Shown here: piece by piece, positions 1 to 8,285 of the stretch | How the letters are laid out: each line of letters opens with the position of its first letter | Numbering within the stretch: position 1 is the stretch's first letter | Origin: a virus | Virus record (IMG/VR): IMGVR_UViG_3300045988_103535 | Direction: 5' to 3' (one strand) | DNA: 64,000 nt | Position numbers and translations under genes: made by a program | The notes under the pieces: generated by a model | Database searches by the model: none | The model's input: only the letters and a program-made list of their open reading frames with translations | What the model was told of the DNA's origin: nothing

Positions 1-503
1 TACTTAATATACCTAGTGCTAAAGCATTGAAAATGGTTTATTATGACTTAATAACTAGATGTGAGGAAAAATGGAGAACATGGGACGAAGTCTTAATATG
101 GATAGTTCATATGTTCGAAGTGTATGCAGGTTTTGGACTATTCAAAGAAGTATTAGGAAGTGAAACACTATCATTAGAAACAACAACTCTATGGACTCAT
201 AATTACCCAATACCAGACGATGACGAATCTGTAAGAACTATAGCTATACAAGAAGTAGAAGCTAATGTGCGTTCTCATAAATCATATATTGAAGAATATG
301 GAAACTCAGAAGACGCAGATGCAGAATTTGAGCGCATTATGGAGGAACAAGAACAAATTCAAAATATGCAAAATATGATGATGGGTGGATTTGAACCTAA
401 TAGTAATACTCAAGAAGGCGAAGAAAACGAAGAAAATGACGAAGGCGAAGAAGATGACAAAAATAATAAAGGAGAAGACAATAACAAAAACAGTAAAAAA
501 TAG
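1..503 (+). CDS. Phage portal protein, C-terminal fragment (truncated by window edge)
   Basis: Frame open from base 3 (LNIPSAKALKMVYYDL...), acidic C-terminal tail, position immediately before the MuF-like gene and scaffold. Confidence 0.6.
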   Translation, partial: LNIPSAKALKMVYYDLITRCEEKWRTWDEVLIWIVHMFEVYAGFGLFKEVLGSETLSLETTTLWTHNYPIPDDDESVRTIAIQEVEANVRSHKSYIEEYGNSEDADAEFERIMEEQEQIQNMQNMMMGGFEPNSNTQEGEENEENDEGEEDDKNNKGEDNNKNSKK

Positions 504-544
504 TATATAATACTTGCCAATAAATTTTTAAGGAGGTATTAGAA

Positions 545-991
545 ATGAGCAGAATGGAAAGAGAGAAAATGCATCACCAAGTTGAGGTGGTATGCGATAA
601 TTGTGCTACAAAATTAAAAGTTATGACAAAAGAGTTATATTATGACAGTAAAACAAAATTAAGAGTTGAAGGGTTTGAATGTAAACATTGCGGAGCAGTA
701 TATGTTACAGTAATATCAGACAATAAACTCAGAGCTATGATAAACAGACTTCAAGAAAAACAAGCTGAATTACAACAAGCAGTTAAATCTCAAGGTAATG
801 ACTATCAATTTTACGACATGAATAATAGAAGTATTCCGCAGGACGTAGTTAGAAGATGGCAAACTAAAATTGTCAAACTTAAAAAAGAAGTGGACTCAAT
901 GATAGACAGGAATAAAAGTTATGAGCTATTACTAAGAGAAAAATATTTATTGAAGGAGGGGGAAGTGAGGGATTATGTCTACTCAAAATGA
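545..991 (+). CDS. Small structural/morphogenesis-region protein with zinc-ribbon-like CDNC...CKHC motifs
   Basis: ORF with RBS (aaggaggtatt), two CxxC pairs, coiled-coil region. Confidence 0.6.
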   Translation: MSRMEREKMHHQVEVVCDNCATKLKVMTKELYYDSKTKLRVEGFECKHCGAVYVTVISDNKLRAMINRLQEKQAELQQAVKSQGNDYQFYDMNNRSIPQDVVRRWQTKIVKLKKEVDSMIDRNKSYELLLREKYLLKEGEVRDYVYSK

Positions 992-2819
992 TAGTATGTA
1001 TTTATTAACTATAGATAGAGCGGCACGTAGAATAGCGAGAGATGCGTCAGAAACACAAGAACGAGACATTATGCGAGTTTATACAATGGCTTTCGATGAT
1101 GCATTTTCGGATTATTTAAAACAACTTGAGAAGGGTAAAACCCCTTCTCAACCTAATTTAACACAATGTAAATTAGCTTATATTAATCAACTTTACTCAA
1201 CTTTACAGAAACAGTCTTTAATATGTAATGAAGAAATACCTAAAAGAATTTTAAATCAATATGCTAAAGTAATGAAGGATATAACAAACAATAAAGATGT
1301 TATAGATAAAATAAATAAAAATGTCGATGTCACATCACGAAATATTGTGGAACAAATGATAAAAGGCGAAATATATAAAGACGGAGTTGGTTTAGACAGT
1401 AGACTATGGAGTGCTACAAATGCCTCAGGACGTAAAATAGAAGATGTAATTACAAGTTGTCTAGCTAGAGGTATTAGTTCAGCAGAGGCATCAAAAATTA
1501 TTAGTCAATTTGCTAAAGGCGGACATCATACATGGGATAAAAATAAAATACGAGAAAAGTTAGGAGATAAATATGCTAACAAATATGGAACGGGTGGACT
1601 TGACTATGAGGCATTAAGATTAATGAGAACAACAAATACGCACATGGCACAATTAACAGTTATGAATTCTGATAAGGTTAACCCATATAATAAATTTGTT
1701 AAATATCATACTGGACATGCTGGCAGTAGAACTTGTTCAATGTGTAGAGATAGAAATGGAAAAATATTTCCAATACATGAAGCTCCTTTAGACCACCCAA
1801 ATGGACTATGTTGGCTATCGCCTGTAATGAGTAAAGACGGCAAGACAGAAATGTCATTAGCTGATATGGTCGACGATATGAATGATTATTTTGATGGCAA
1901 ACCTAATAGTGGAGTTATGGAACAATGGACTGGCAAATCTTATCCAAGGAGAGTTGAACCTAAACCTCAACCTAAACCACAACAACCTACCGAACCTCCT
2001 AAAGCTACAATACCTAAAGGACATTTATATACTGAAGAACAAAGAGAACAAAAATATCAAGAATTAGAAACACATTTATTAGACGGAATATCAAGTATGT
2101 TAGAGACTGAACTTGTTAATAATAAAAATAAAGACAACATGATTAAGCCATATGCGAAAACAACTGTAAAAGGCATTATTGGTACTTTGAGAAAATATCC
2201 AGCTTCTATTCAAGATTTATATTTGCATACAGCAAAAGATTTAAAAATGAATTATACACCTGACGGAGCATTTTATAGTCCTATGACAGACTCAATTCAT
2301 TTCTCAGTCAAGAAAACAAATAATGATAATAGAGGACCGTATGGAACTGTATTCCATGAATGGGGGCATATGATAGATAGGCATGTTAGTTCAGAAACAG
2401 GAGGTACGGTAACTAATAGTGTGAAGGAGGAAATGTATAAAATATTAAAACAAGATGTAGAGGATAGAATTAAATATCAACAAAAGAACTCAAAGGTAAA
2501 GATAAATAAAACAGAAGCAAAGAAATTAGTTACCAGCGAATTGAATGGTGCGACTGATGGGATAGCAGGTGTGTCTGATATATACGGAGGCGTAACAGGT
2601 AATGCAGTTGTAGGACGTTGGGGTCATGCCAAAAGTTATTGGACTAGAAGGGATAAAGAAGCTGAAGTATGTTCAGAAGCTTGGGCAGATATATTGCAGA
2701 GTTATGGTATACATTATCAATCTAAATATATTGAAAAATACTTGCCAGGTGGTAAAGCATTTGTAGAGAAGACAGTTGAAGAAATAATTGAAAAAATTAA
2801 AAGAGGTGAAATAAAATGA
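975..2819 (+). CDS. MuF-like minor head protein fused to a C-terminal HExxH (VFHEWGHMIDR) metallopeptidase-like domain
   Basis: Middle region HAGSRTCSMCRDRNGKIFPIHEAPLDHPNGLCWL typical of phage minor head/MuF proteins; HEWGH motif downstream. Confidence 0.8.
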   Translation: MSTQNDSMYLLTIDRAARRIARDASETQERDIMRVYTMAFDDAFSDYLKQLEKGKTPSQPNLTQCKLAYINQLYSTLQKQSLICNEEIPKRILNQYAKVMKDITNNKDVIDKINKNVDVTSRNIVEQMIKGEIYKDGVGLDSRLWSATNASGRKIEDVITSCLARGISSAEASKIISQFAKGGHHTWDKNKIREKLGDKYANKYGTGGLDYEALRLMRTTNTHMAQLTVMNSDKVNPYNKFVKYHTGHAGSRTCSMCRDRNGKIFPIHEAPLDHPNGLCWLSPVMSKDGKTEMSLADMVDDMNDYFDGKPNSGVMEQWTGKSYPRRVEPKPQPKPQQPTEPPKATIPKGHLYTEEQREQKYQELETHLLDGISSMLETELVNNKNKDNMIKPYAKTTVKGIIGTLRKYPASIQDLYLHTAKDLKMNYTPDGAFYSPMTDSIHFSVKKTNNDNRGPYGTVFHEWGHMIDRHVSSETGGTVTNSVKEEMYKILKQDVEDRIKYQQKNSKVKINKTEAKKLVTSELNGATDGIAGVSDIYGGVTGNAVVGRWGHAKSYWTRRDKEAEVCSEAWADILQSYGIHYQSKYIEKYLPGGKAFVEKTVEEIIEKIKRGEIK

Positions 2820-2992
2820 GAAAACAAACTGAGGAAAAATTAGAACAATATGCACAAAACTTTGACGACATATTTCCATTAATGCAGTACAGTTTTAGCG
2901 AACAAGAAATAGTAAATATAATAAATAAATGTATTATAAATAATAAACCAGTAGAATATTATTATCCACTTGATGACGATGTTCTATATTAA
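2816..2992 (+). CDS. Small hypothetical protein (58 aa, MRKQTEEKLEQYAQNFDDIF...)
   Basis: ATG overlaps upstream stop (ATGA); not in supplied ORF track because under 60 aa. Confidence 0.55.
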   Translation: MRKQTEEKLEQYAQNFDDIFPLMQYSFSEQEIVNIINKCIINNKPVEYYYPLDDDVLY

Positions 2993-2998
2993 TCATTG

Positions 2999-3034
2999 TA
3001 GCTAGGTACTCAATAGTATCTAGCTATTTTTATG
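2999..3034 (+). terminator. Stem-loop terminator (TAGCTAGgTAC...GTAtCTAGCTA TTTTTA)
   Basis: Inverted repeat followed by T run. Confidence 0.55.
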
Positions 3035-3038
3035 TTTA

Positions 3039-3068
3039 GTTAACAAACTTAGGTATTTAATATATAAT
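3039..3068 (+). promoter_or_regulatory. Promoter, GTTAACA family, upstream of scaffold/capsid operon
   Basis: GTTAACA...TATATAAT; TTAACA to TATAAT spacing 17. Confidence 0.55.
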
Positions 3069-3167
3069 ATAAGTAGTAGTGAACCTGGGTCACTTAAAAT
3101 TCCCTTGTATCGTGTTATATAGTTACTTTTCTCTATTCAAAAGAATCGTATAAGGAGGTATTAGAAA

Positions 3168-3857
3168 ATGAGTAAAGATATTAAAGATTTCTTGCAAGGA
3201 GTAGACAACGCAGATGCCGTTGCCAAAATTATATCTGATAACTTAAAAGATGCAAAATGTAAGTTATTCATAGACGACGGTGAGAAAAATATATTTGTAC
3301 CTAAATCTAGATTAGATGCAAAAATTGGAGAACTCAATACCGCAACTCAAACAATAACAACATTGAATGCATCAATAAAAACTCTTGAAGCTCAGGTCAA
3401 AGATGATGATAAAGCTAAAGAAACAATTCAAAGTCTACAAACAGACTTAGATAATTATAAGAAAGCATTAAAAGATAGTCAAATAGATAGCGCATTACAA
3501 TTATGTGCAGTAGAAAATAAAGCCCATGATGCAAAAGACTTAAAAGGCTTTTTAGACATGGGTAAAATCTCTATTGGAGAAAATGGAGAGGTAATAGGTA
3601 TTAAAGAACAAGTTGAAAACTTGAAAAAAGAAAAAGCATACCTATTTGAAGCTAGTGAACCTGAACCTCAACAACAAAATGGAAAAAATCCATTCAATGG
3701 TACAGGCGTGCCTGGTAAACAAGCTAGTGGCTTTGTATTCAATTCACAGACAGCACAACCTGGAGATTTCGGTAAAATGCTAGCACATCAAAATGGAGTA
3801 CCGAAGGCAGAAGAAGGTCAAAAAGTAGGACCTGAGTATTTCTTCGGTGATAATTAG
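3168..3857 (+). CDS. Phage scaffolding protein (GP20-like)
   Basis: Coiled-coil protein (LETLEAQVKDDDKAKETIQSLQTDLDNYKKALKDSQIDSAL) immediately before capsid genes. Confidence 0.8.
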   Translation: MSKDIKDFLQGVDNADAVAKIISDNLKDAKCKLFIDDGEKNIFVPKSRLDAKIGELNTATQTITTLNASIKTLEAQVKDDDKAKETIQSLQTDLDNYKKALKDSQIDSALQLCAVENKAHDAKDLKGFLDMGKISIGENGEVIGIKEQVENLKKEKAYLFEASEPEPQQQNGKNPFNGTGVPGKQASGFVFNSQTAQPGDFGKMLAHQNGVPKAEEGQKVGPEYFFGDN

Positions 3858-3881
3858 TAAATTAATTAAGGAGGAATAAAA

Positions 3882-4319
3882 ATGCCAAAATTACAAACTA
3901 GACAATATTTAGCGCCAGAACCTCAATTCTTAGCATTTCCAGACCATTATGTAAATCTACCTGGAAAAATAGAATTCGCAGAATTGGCAAAATTATATGC
4001 ATCAATGTCAAAAGCTGAAACACAAAAATTAGCAAATGTATATACTGACTCAACAAAAGTATTACCTAGAGGGTTAGCTGTTCATATAGACGGAGATGGA
4101 AAAGTAACTGCACCAGCGGCTGCAGTAACAGGTGAAGCTGATGCAGTAAAACCTAATGCAGTATTATTCAATACTATAGAATTTGGAAAATATGATGAAG
4201 CTACAGATACAGAAGTAAATGCATCTATATTAGTACATGGATTTGTAAGAGCTGATAGATTATTCGGTTCAGAAAAAGCTAATTTAGATAATGCGATGAT
4301 ATGTGTAGTAAATAAATAA
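3882..4319 (+). CDS. Head decoration protein-like
   Basis: Size, position between scaffold and major capsid, beta-rich sequence with VHGFVRADRL. Confidence 0.55.
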   Translation: MPKLQTRQYLAPEPQFLAFPDHYVNLPGKIEFAELAKLYASMSKAETQKLANVYTDSTKVLPRGLAVHIDGDGKVTAPAAAVTGEADAVKPNAVLFNTIEFGKYDEATDTEVNASILVHGFVRADRLFGSEKANLDNAMICVVNK

Positions 4320-4337
4320 TAAGGAGGGAATTTAAAA

Positions 4338-5456
4338 ATGGCAGTAATAAAAAATTTATTTGATTATATAAACGCAACTGACATAGCTGCTTATGTTACA
4401 GAAAAACCTGAAAATAAAGTCCCTTATTTTGCAGAAACATTATTCCCAGCTCAAAGACAACTGGGTACAGATATATCTTGGCTAAAAGGAGCTAATGGTT
4501 TACCAGTAGCAATACAACCTAGTGAATATGATGTTAAAGCAAGATTAAGAGAAAAAACTGGATTTGAAGGCGTAGCAACTGAAATGGCATTCTTCAGAGA
4601 AGCTACAAGAATAGGTGAAAAAGATAGACAGCAATTAAATATGTTATTAAACAACCCTGAACAACAAATGGCAATGCCTATAATAAGAAACATATTTGAT
4701 GAAGTTTCTAGATTAGTAGAAGGTGTTAGAGTACAAGGTGAGTACATGAGATGTCAATTACTAACAAGTGGTAAAATAGACGTAACTTCTGCTGACGGTA
4801 GAGTTAAATATGTATATGACTATGGTCAACAAAATTTATTCAAATGCAAAAAAGGTCAAGCAGCTTGGGGTGAAGCAAATGATACCGCTGACCCTGTAAG
4901 AGACATAATAGCTTGGTGTGATTATATGGAAACATTAAGAGGTATTAGACCAACTAGACTTGTTATGAATAGAAATACATTCTTAAATATGGTGCGTTCT
5001 CCTAAAGTTCACAAAATGATGTACCCAAACGATTCAGCATTGAACTATTTCGTGTCTGATGCTCAAGCAAAATCATTTATAGAAACAACTACAGGTTGTA
5101 CTATATTTGTATACACTAAGAAAATAACAACATTATCACATGATACAGGTATAGCAACTGGAACTCCAGTAAATCTAATACCTGACGGTAAAGTTGTAGT
5201 ATTACCACCTAGAGCTTCATTAGGTTCTACATGGTATGGTACAACACCTGAAGAAAGTGACCTTATGACAGGTTCTGATGCTCAGGTGTCAATAGTTAAC
5301 AACGGAACTGCAATAACTACTTACAAAGAAAGACATCCGGTTCAAGTTGTAACAGTAGTTTCTTCAGTTATGATACCTTCATTCGAAACAATAGACGATT
5401 GCGCAGTAGCTGATGTTACTGAAGTATCAACTGATGCTACTACAGAAATAAAATAG
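4338..5456 (+). CDS. Major capsid protein (Phage_cap_E-like)
   Basis: FAETLFPAQRQLGTDISWLKGANG, EKDRQQLN..., VLPPRASLGSTWYGTTPEE, position. Confidence 0.85.
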   Translation: MAVIKNLFDYINATDIAAYVTEKPENKVPYFAETLFPAQRQLGTDISWLKGANGLPVAIQPSEYDVKARLREKTGFEGVATEMAFFREATRIGEKDRQQLNMLLNNPEQQMAMPIIRNIFDEVSRLVEGVRVQGEYMRCQLLTSGKIDVTSADGRVKYVYDYGQQNLFKCKKGQAAWGEANDTADPVRDIIAWCDYMETLRGIRPTRLVMNRNTFLNMVRSPKVHKMMYPNDSALNYFVSDAQAKSFIETTTGCTIFVYTKKITTLSHDTGIATGTPVNLIPDGKVVVLPPRASLGSTWYGTTPEESDLMTGSDAQVSIVNNGTAITTYKERHPVQVVTVVSSVMIPSFETIDDCAVADVTEVSTDATTEIK

Positions 5457-5476
5457 TTTGCTCATTTTTAATATAC

Positions 5477-5542
5477 ATGCCGAGGGAGGGAATGAGGTTG
5501 CCATTAATTCCCTTGGCTTTTATAATATTCGGAGGTGAGTAA
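5477..5542 (+). CDS. Possible 21-aa hydrophobic mini-ORF (MPREGMRLPLIPLAFIIFGGE)
   Basis: ORF between capsid and connector genes; coding status uncertain. Confidence 0.2.
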   Translation: MPREGMRLPLIPLAFIIFGGE

Positions 5543-5839
5543 ATGGCATTAAATGTAGAAGTAATAAAAACCATGTTAATGGAAGATAGTAATCCAATGC
5601 TAACAGAAGCACAACTACAAATGTTAGCAAGTACTTATGATAATATTAATGAAGCTTGTTATTATGGGTGCTTAATGAAAGCGTCTTCTGAAAATATTAC
5701 AATAGGTCCAATATCAATAGAAAATAATACAAATGAATTTTGGTTAAAAATGGCTGATGGATTTTATAGAAAATTTATGCGTGAACAAAATGAAGAAGGC
5801 TTAACCGGATTGGCAATGAGGCGTTCAGATGAGTTATAA
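5543..5839 (+). CDS. Head-tail connector (adaptor)-like protein
   Basis: Position and size. Confidence 0.55.
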   Translation: MALNVEVIKTMLMEDSNPMLTEAQLQMLASTYDNINEACYYGCLMKASSENITIGPISIENNTNEFWLKMADGFYRKFMREQNEEGLTGLAMRRSDEL

Positions 5840-6215
5840 TTATAAAAAACTGCTACCAAAAATCCAAGCCACTATTGAAAAATATGGAGTAGAACTTGAT
5901 GTATATAGAGATACCTATGAGAGTGAAGTAGGAGTACAAACTTATAAATCTACCTCATTAGTAACCAAGATAATGGGTGTATTAGATAATTCTAAAAGTT
6001 CAAATTCTAATGCGCAACAAGAACAACAATTTCATCAATACTCAATTAATGGAACTTTATATTATGCATATTTCCAAGACTCACGATACTCAATAGAACC
6101 TGGCGACTATGTTGTTATAAATAATATAAAGTATATATTAGACATGCCAGTCGATATATTAGAAGTAGGTTTATTATATCAAGTGGCAGTGCGAGGTGTT
6201 AAATATGAACGTTAG
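5829..6215 (+). CDS. Head closure/stopper-like protein
   Basis: Synteny, small beta-rich protein, overlapping start. Confidence 0.5.
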   Translation: MSYNYKKLLPKIQATIEKYGVELDVYRDTYESEVGVQTYKSTSLVTKIMGVLDNSKSSNSNAQQEQQFHQYSINGTLYYAYFQDSRYSIEPGDYVVINNIKYILDMPVDILEVGLLYQVAVRGVKYER

Positions 6216-6552
6216 TGTTACGGTAGACGATAGAATAGTTGCTCAAAACCTTGGTGAAATGTCAGAACGCTTAAAGACTCAATTACAAGTATTAGGTCAA
6301 GCGACAGGTCAAAAAATACAAGAATATGCTCAAGAAAATGCTCCTTGGACTGATAGAACAGGAGATGCAAGACAAAGACTAAAATACAATTCTGAAATAA
6401 ATGAAAATGGGTTAACAATATCAATATTTCATCAAATGGAATATGGTATTTATTTAGAGTTATGTAATAATGAAAAGTATGCAATACTAAAAAATTCAAG
6501 AGATGCTATGCTACCTGAATTTTTAGACGCAGTCAAACATATAAGACTATAG
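6196..6552 (+). CDS. HK97 gp10-like head-tail joining protein
   Basis: Pattern ENAPWTDRTGDARQRLKYN...HQMEYGIYLELCNNEKYAIL typical of gp10-like proteins. Confidence 0.7.
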   Translation: MLNMNVSVTVDDRIVAQNLGEMSERLKTQLQVLGQATGQKIQEYAQENAPWTDRTGDARQRLKYNSEINENGLTISIFHQMEYGIYLELCNNEKYAILKNSRDAMLPEFLDAVKHIRL

Positions 6553-6561
6553 GAGGGTACG

Positions 6562-6915
6562 ATGGTTAGAAGCACATTACATGAACAACTGAATAAGATA
6601 ATCCCAACCTACTCAGTTGGATTTGATGTAAGCACTATCGAAACAGATTGTTGTATTCTTAGAAAAAATATTGATTTAGTTGCTGTATCAAATAGCAACG
6701 CAGGTTGGGATAGTTGGACTATAGAAATTTATTCAAAACGAAGTCCATTAAGAGTTGATGAATTAATTCAATTAATTGTAAAACAACTTGAAAATACTAC
6801 TGCCGAGCTAGTATATGGAGGTGGAGCAGAATACTTTGACAGACAATATCAAGCATTTTCTTCAAGTATTCAAATAAGAACACCTAAAACATTCGGCATA
6901 AAAAATGCTAACTAA
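6562..6915 (+). CDS. Tail completion/terminator-like protein
   Basis: Position before tail tube gene. Confidence 0.5.
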   Translation: MVRSTLHEQLNKIIPTYSVGFDVSTIETDCCILRKNIDLVAVSNSNAGWDSWTIEIYSKRSPLRVDELIQLIVKQLENTTAELVYGGGAEYFDRQYQAFSSSIQIRTPKTFGIKNAN

Positions 6916-6928
6916 AGGAGGTTAACAA

Positions 6929-7492
6929 ATGGAAATTTTATATAATATAGAGAGAGTAGATTTAACTGAACTTGACCCATCAACAGGTAAACCCGCAACT
7001 GGGGAAACTGCAATAAAAACTACAATAAAAACTGCTAAAGAAGCAAAACTTGCTGCAGTTATATCTGAAGGAGCAGAGGAAATATTAAGAAATGCTACAA
7101 GTATATTAGCAGTTGTTAGAGAAGACGACTTATTATATGGTTATGATTTTACATTTACTGATAATACATTCGATATAAAAGCTGCTCAATTAGTTGCTGG
7201 ATATGTAAAAGCAACTGGAACAGGAGCAGGCGAAAATGATTTACAGACTCCAATGATGAATCAAGGTAATACAGGTAAACCTTTCAAGGCAGAAATATAT
7301 GTAGCTAACTATGAAGGAGATAGTATTAAAAACTATTGTAAAATAACATTAAATAAATGTTTAGGTAAATTCCCAGACATGACAGTAGGTTCAGAATTCT
7401 ATGCACCTGAGTTCTCAATAAAAGCGAGAGAAAACACTAAAGCTAGTTTACCTATAAAATCAATAGCATGGGTTGATAGTTTACCCAGCTAA
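6929..7492 (+). CDS. Major tail (tube) protein
   Basis: Position, size, sequence composition. Confidence 0.65.
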   Translation: MEILYNIERVDLTELDPSTGKPATGETAIKTTIKTAKEAKLAAVISEGAEEILRNATSILAVVREDDLLYGYDFTFTDNTFDIKAAQLVAGYVKATGTGAGENDLQTPMMNQGNTGKPFKAEIYVANYEGDSIKNYCKITLNKCLGKFPDMTVGSEFYAPEFSIKARENTKASLPIKSIAWVDSLPS

Positions 7493-7567
7493 TGCCTCAG
7501 CTCAGAATTTAGAAGTACAAGATGAGGCTAAACCTACAGTAGAATAAAATTAGGAGGTATATTAAAA

Positions 7568-7984
7568 ATGAGTAAAGTAATAAGCGCTGAACAATTTAGA
7601 AAAAAAGCAACTAGAATAATAACAATACCTGGGTTTACAGATGACGAATGTTTCGAAGTAATGATAAAATCTGTCTCAGTTCCCGATATGTTAATTAATG
7701 GCAAGTTGCCAAATTCATTATTAAAAATAGTGTCAGATATGTTTGACTCTAAAACAGTTCAACTGGATAAAGACAAACAACCTGAGGTGAACACAAAAGA
7801 AATATTAGATGACCCAGATAAACTAAAAGAATTAGTGAATATGATGAAACTAATAGCTAAAGAAGCATTAGTCGAACCCAAATATGATGATATAGAAGAT
7901 GTATTGACTCAAGAACAAATACAAACTATATTTGAACAGGCGTCAGGTGGAGTAAAAAAAGTTATGCCCATTGATGCAGAGTAA
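7568..7984 (+). CDS. Tail assembly chaperone (gpG-like)
   Basis: Between tail tube and tape measure; overlapping downstream ORF. Confidence 0.65.
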   Translation: MSKVISAEQFRKKATRIITIPGFTDDECFEVMIKSVSVPDMLINGKLPNSLLKIVSDMFDSKTVQLDKDKQPEVNTKEILDDPDKLKELVNMMKLIAKEALVEPKYDDIEDVLTQEQIQTIFEQASGGVKKVMPIDAE

Positions 7985-8228
7985 AAAAGTATTAGATGTT
8001 ATTTCTATAGCAAAAACTTTTAATGCTCTGCCAAGTGATGTAATAGGGTTGAGTAAAGATGACCCATACACAAGATATTGTTTTGATGAAGCATGCACCT
8101 ATTTATATAGTAAAATGCAACCTGACAAAGACGGACATACTCAAAAACCAATATTTGAAGAAGATAGGAAAACAAAATCTAAACATAATAATCCAGGTTT
8201 AGAATTATTATTAGGTAAAGAAAAATAA
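7971..8228 (+). CDS. Second tail chaperone ORF (gpT-like), possibly expressed by frameshift
   Basis: Overlaps 7568-7984 in another frame, directly before tape measure; contains run A7 and CCC-A candidate slippery sites nearby. Confidence 0.55.
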   Translation: MMQSKKVLDVISIAKTFNALPSDVIGLSKDDPYTRYCFDEACTYLYSKMQPDKDGHTQKPIFEEDRKTKSKHNNPGLELLLGKEK

Positions 8229-8262
8229 GGCTATGAGGCTATTTAAGCCTTGTAGCCTTTTT
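8227..8262 (+). terminator. Stem-loop terminator
   Basis: AAGGCTATgaGGCTatttaaGCCttGTAGCCTTTTT. Confidence 0.55.
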
Positions 8263-8285
8263 ATTATATATGGAGGTGAATATAT

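Noticed and set aside
3069-3167. Leader of scaffold operon as a riboswitch
   Set aside because: Only a weak AGTGA...TCACT hairpin and no SD-pairing architecture or relevant regulated function.
4451-4747. Minus-strand ORFs in the track (here and e.g. 8837-9304, 38478-38885, 39950-40453)
   Set aside because: They lie antisense inside long well-supported + strand genes, lack recognisable domains and reflect low-stop AT-rich shadow reading.
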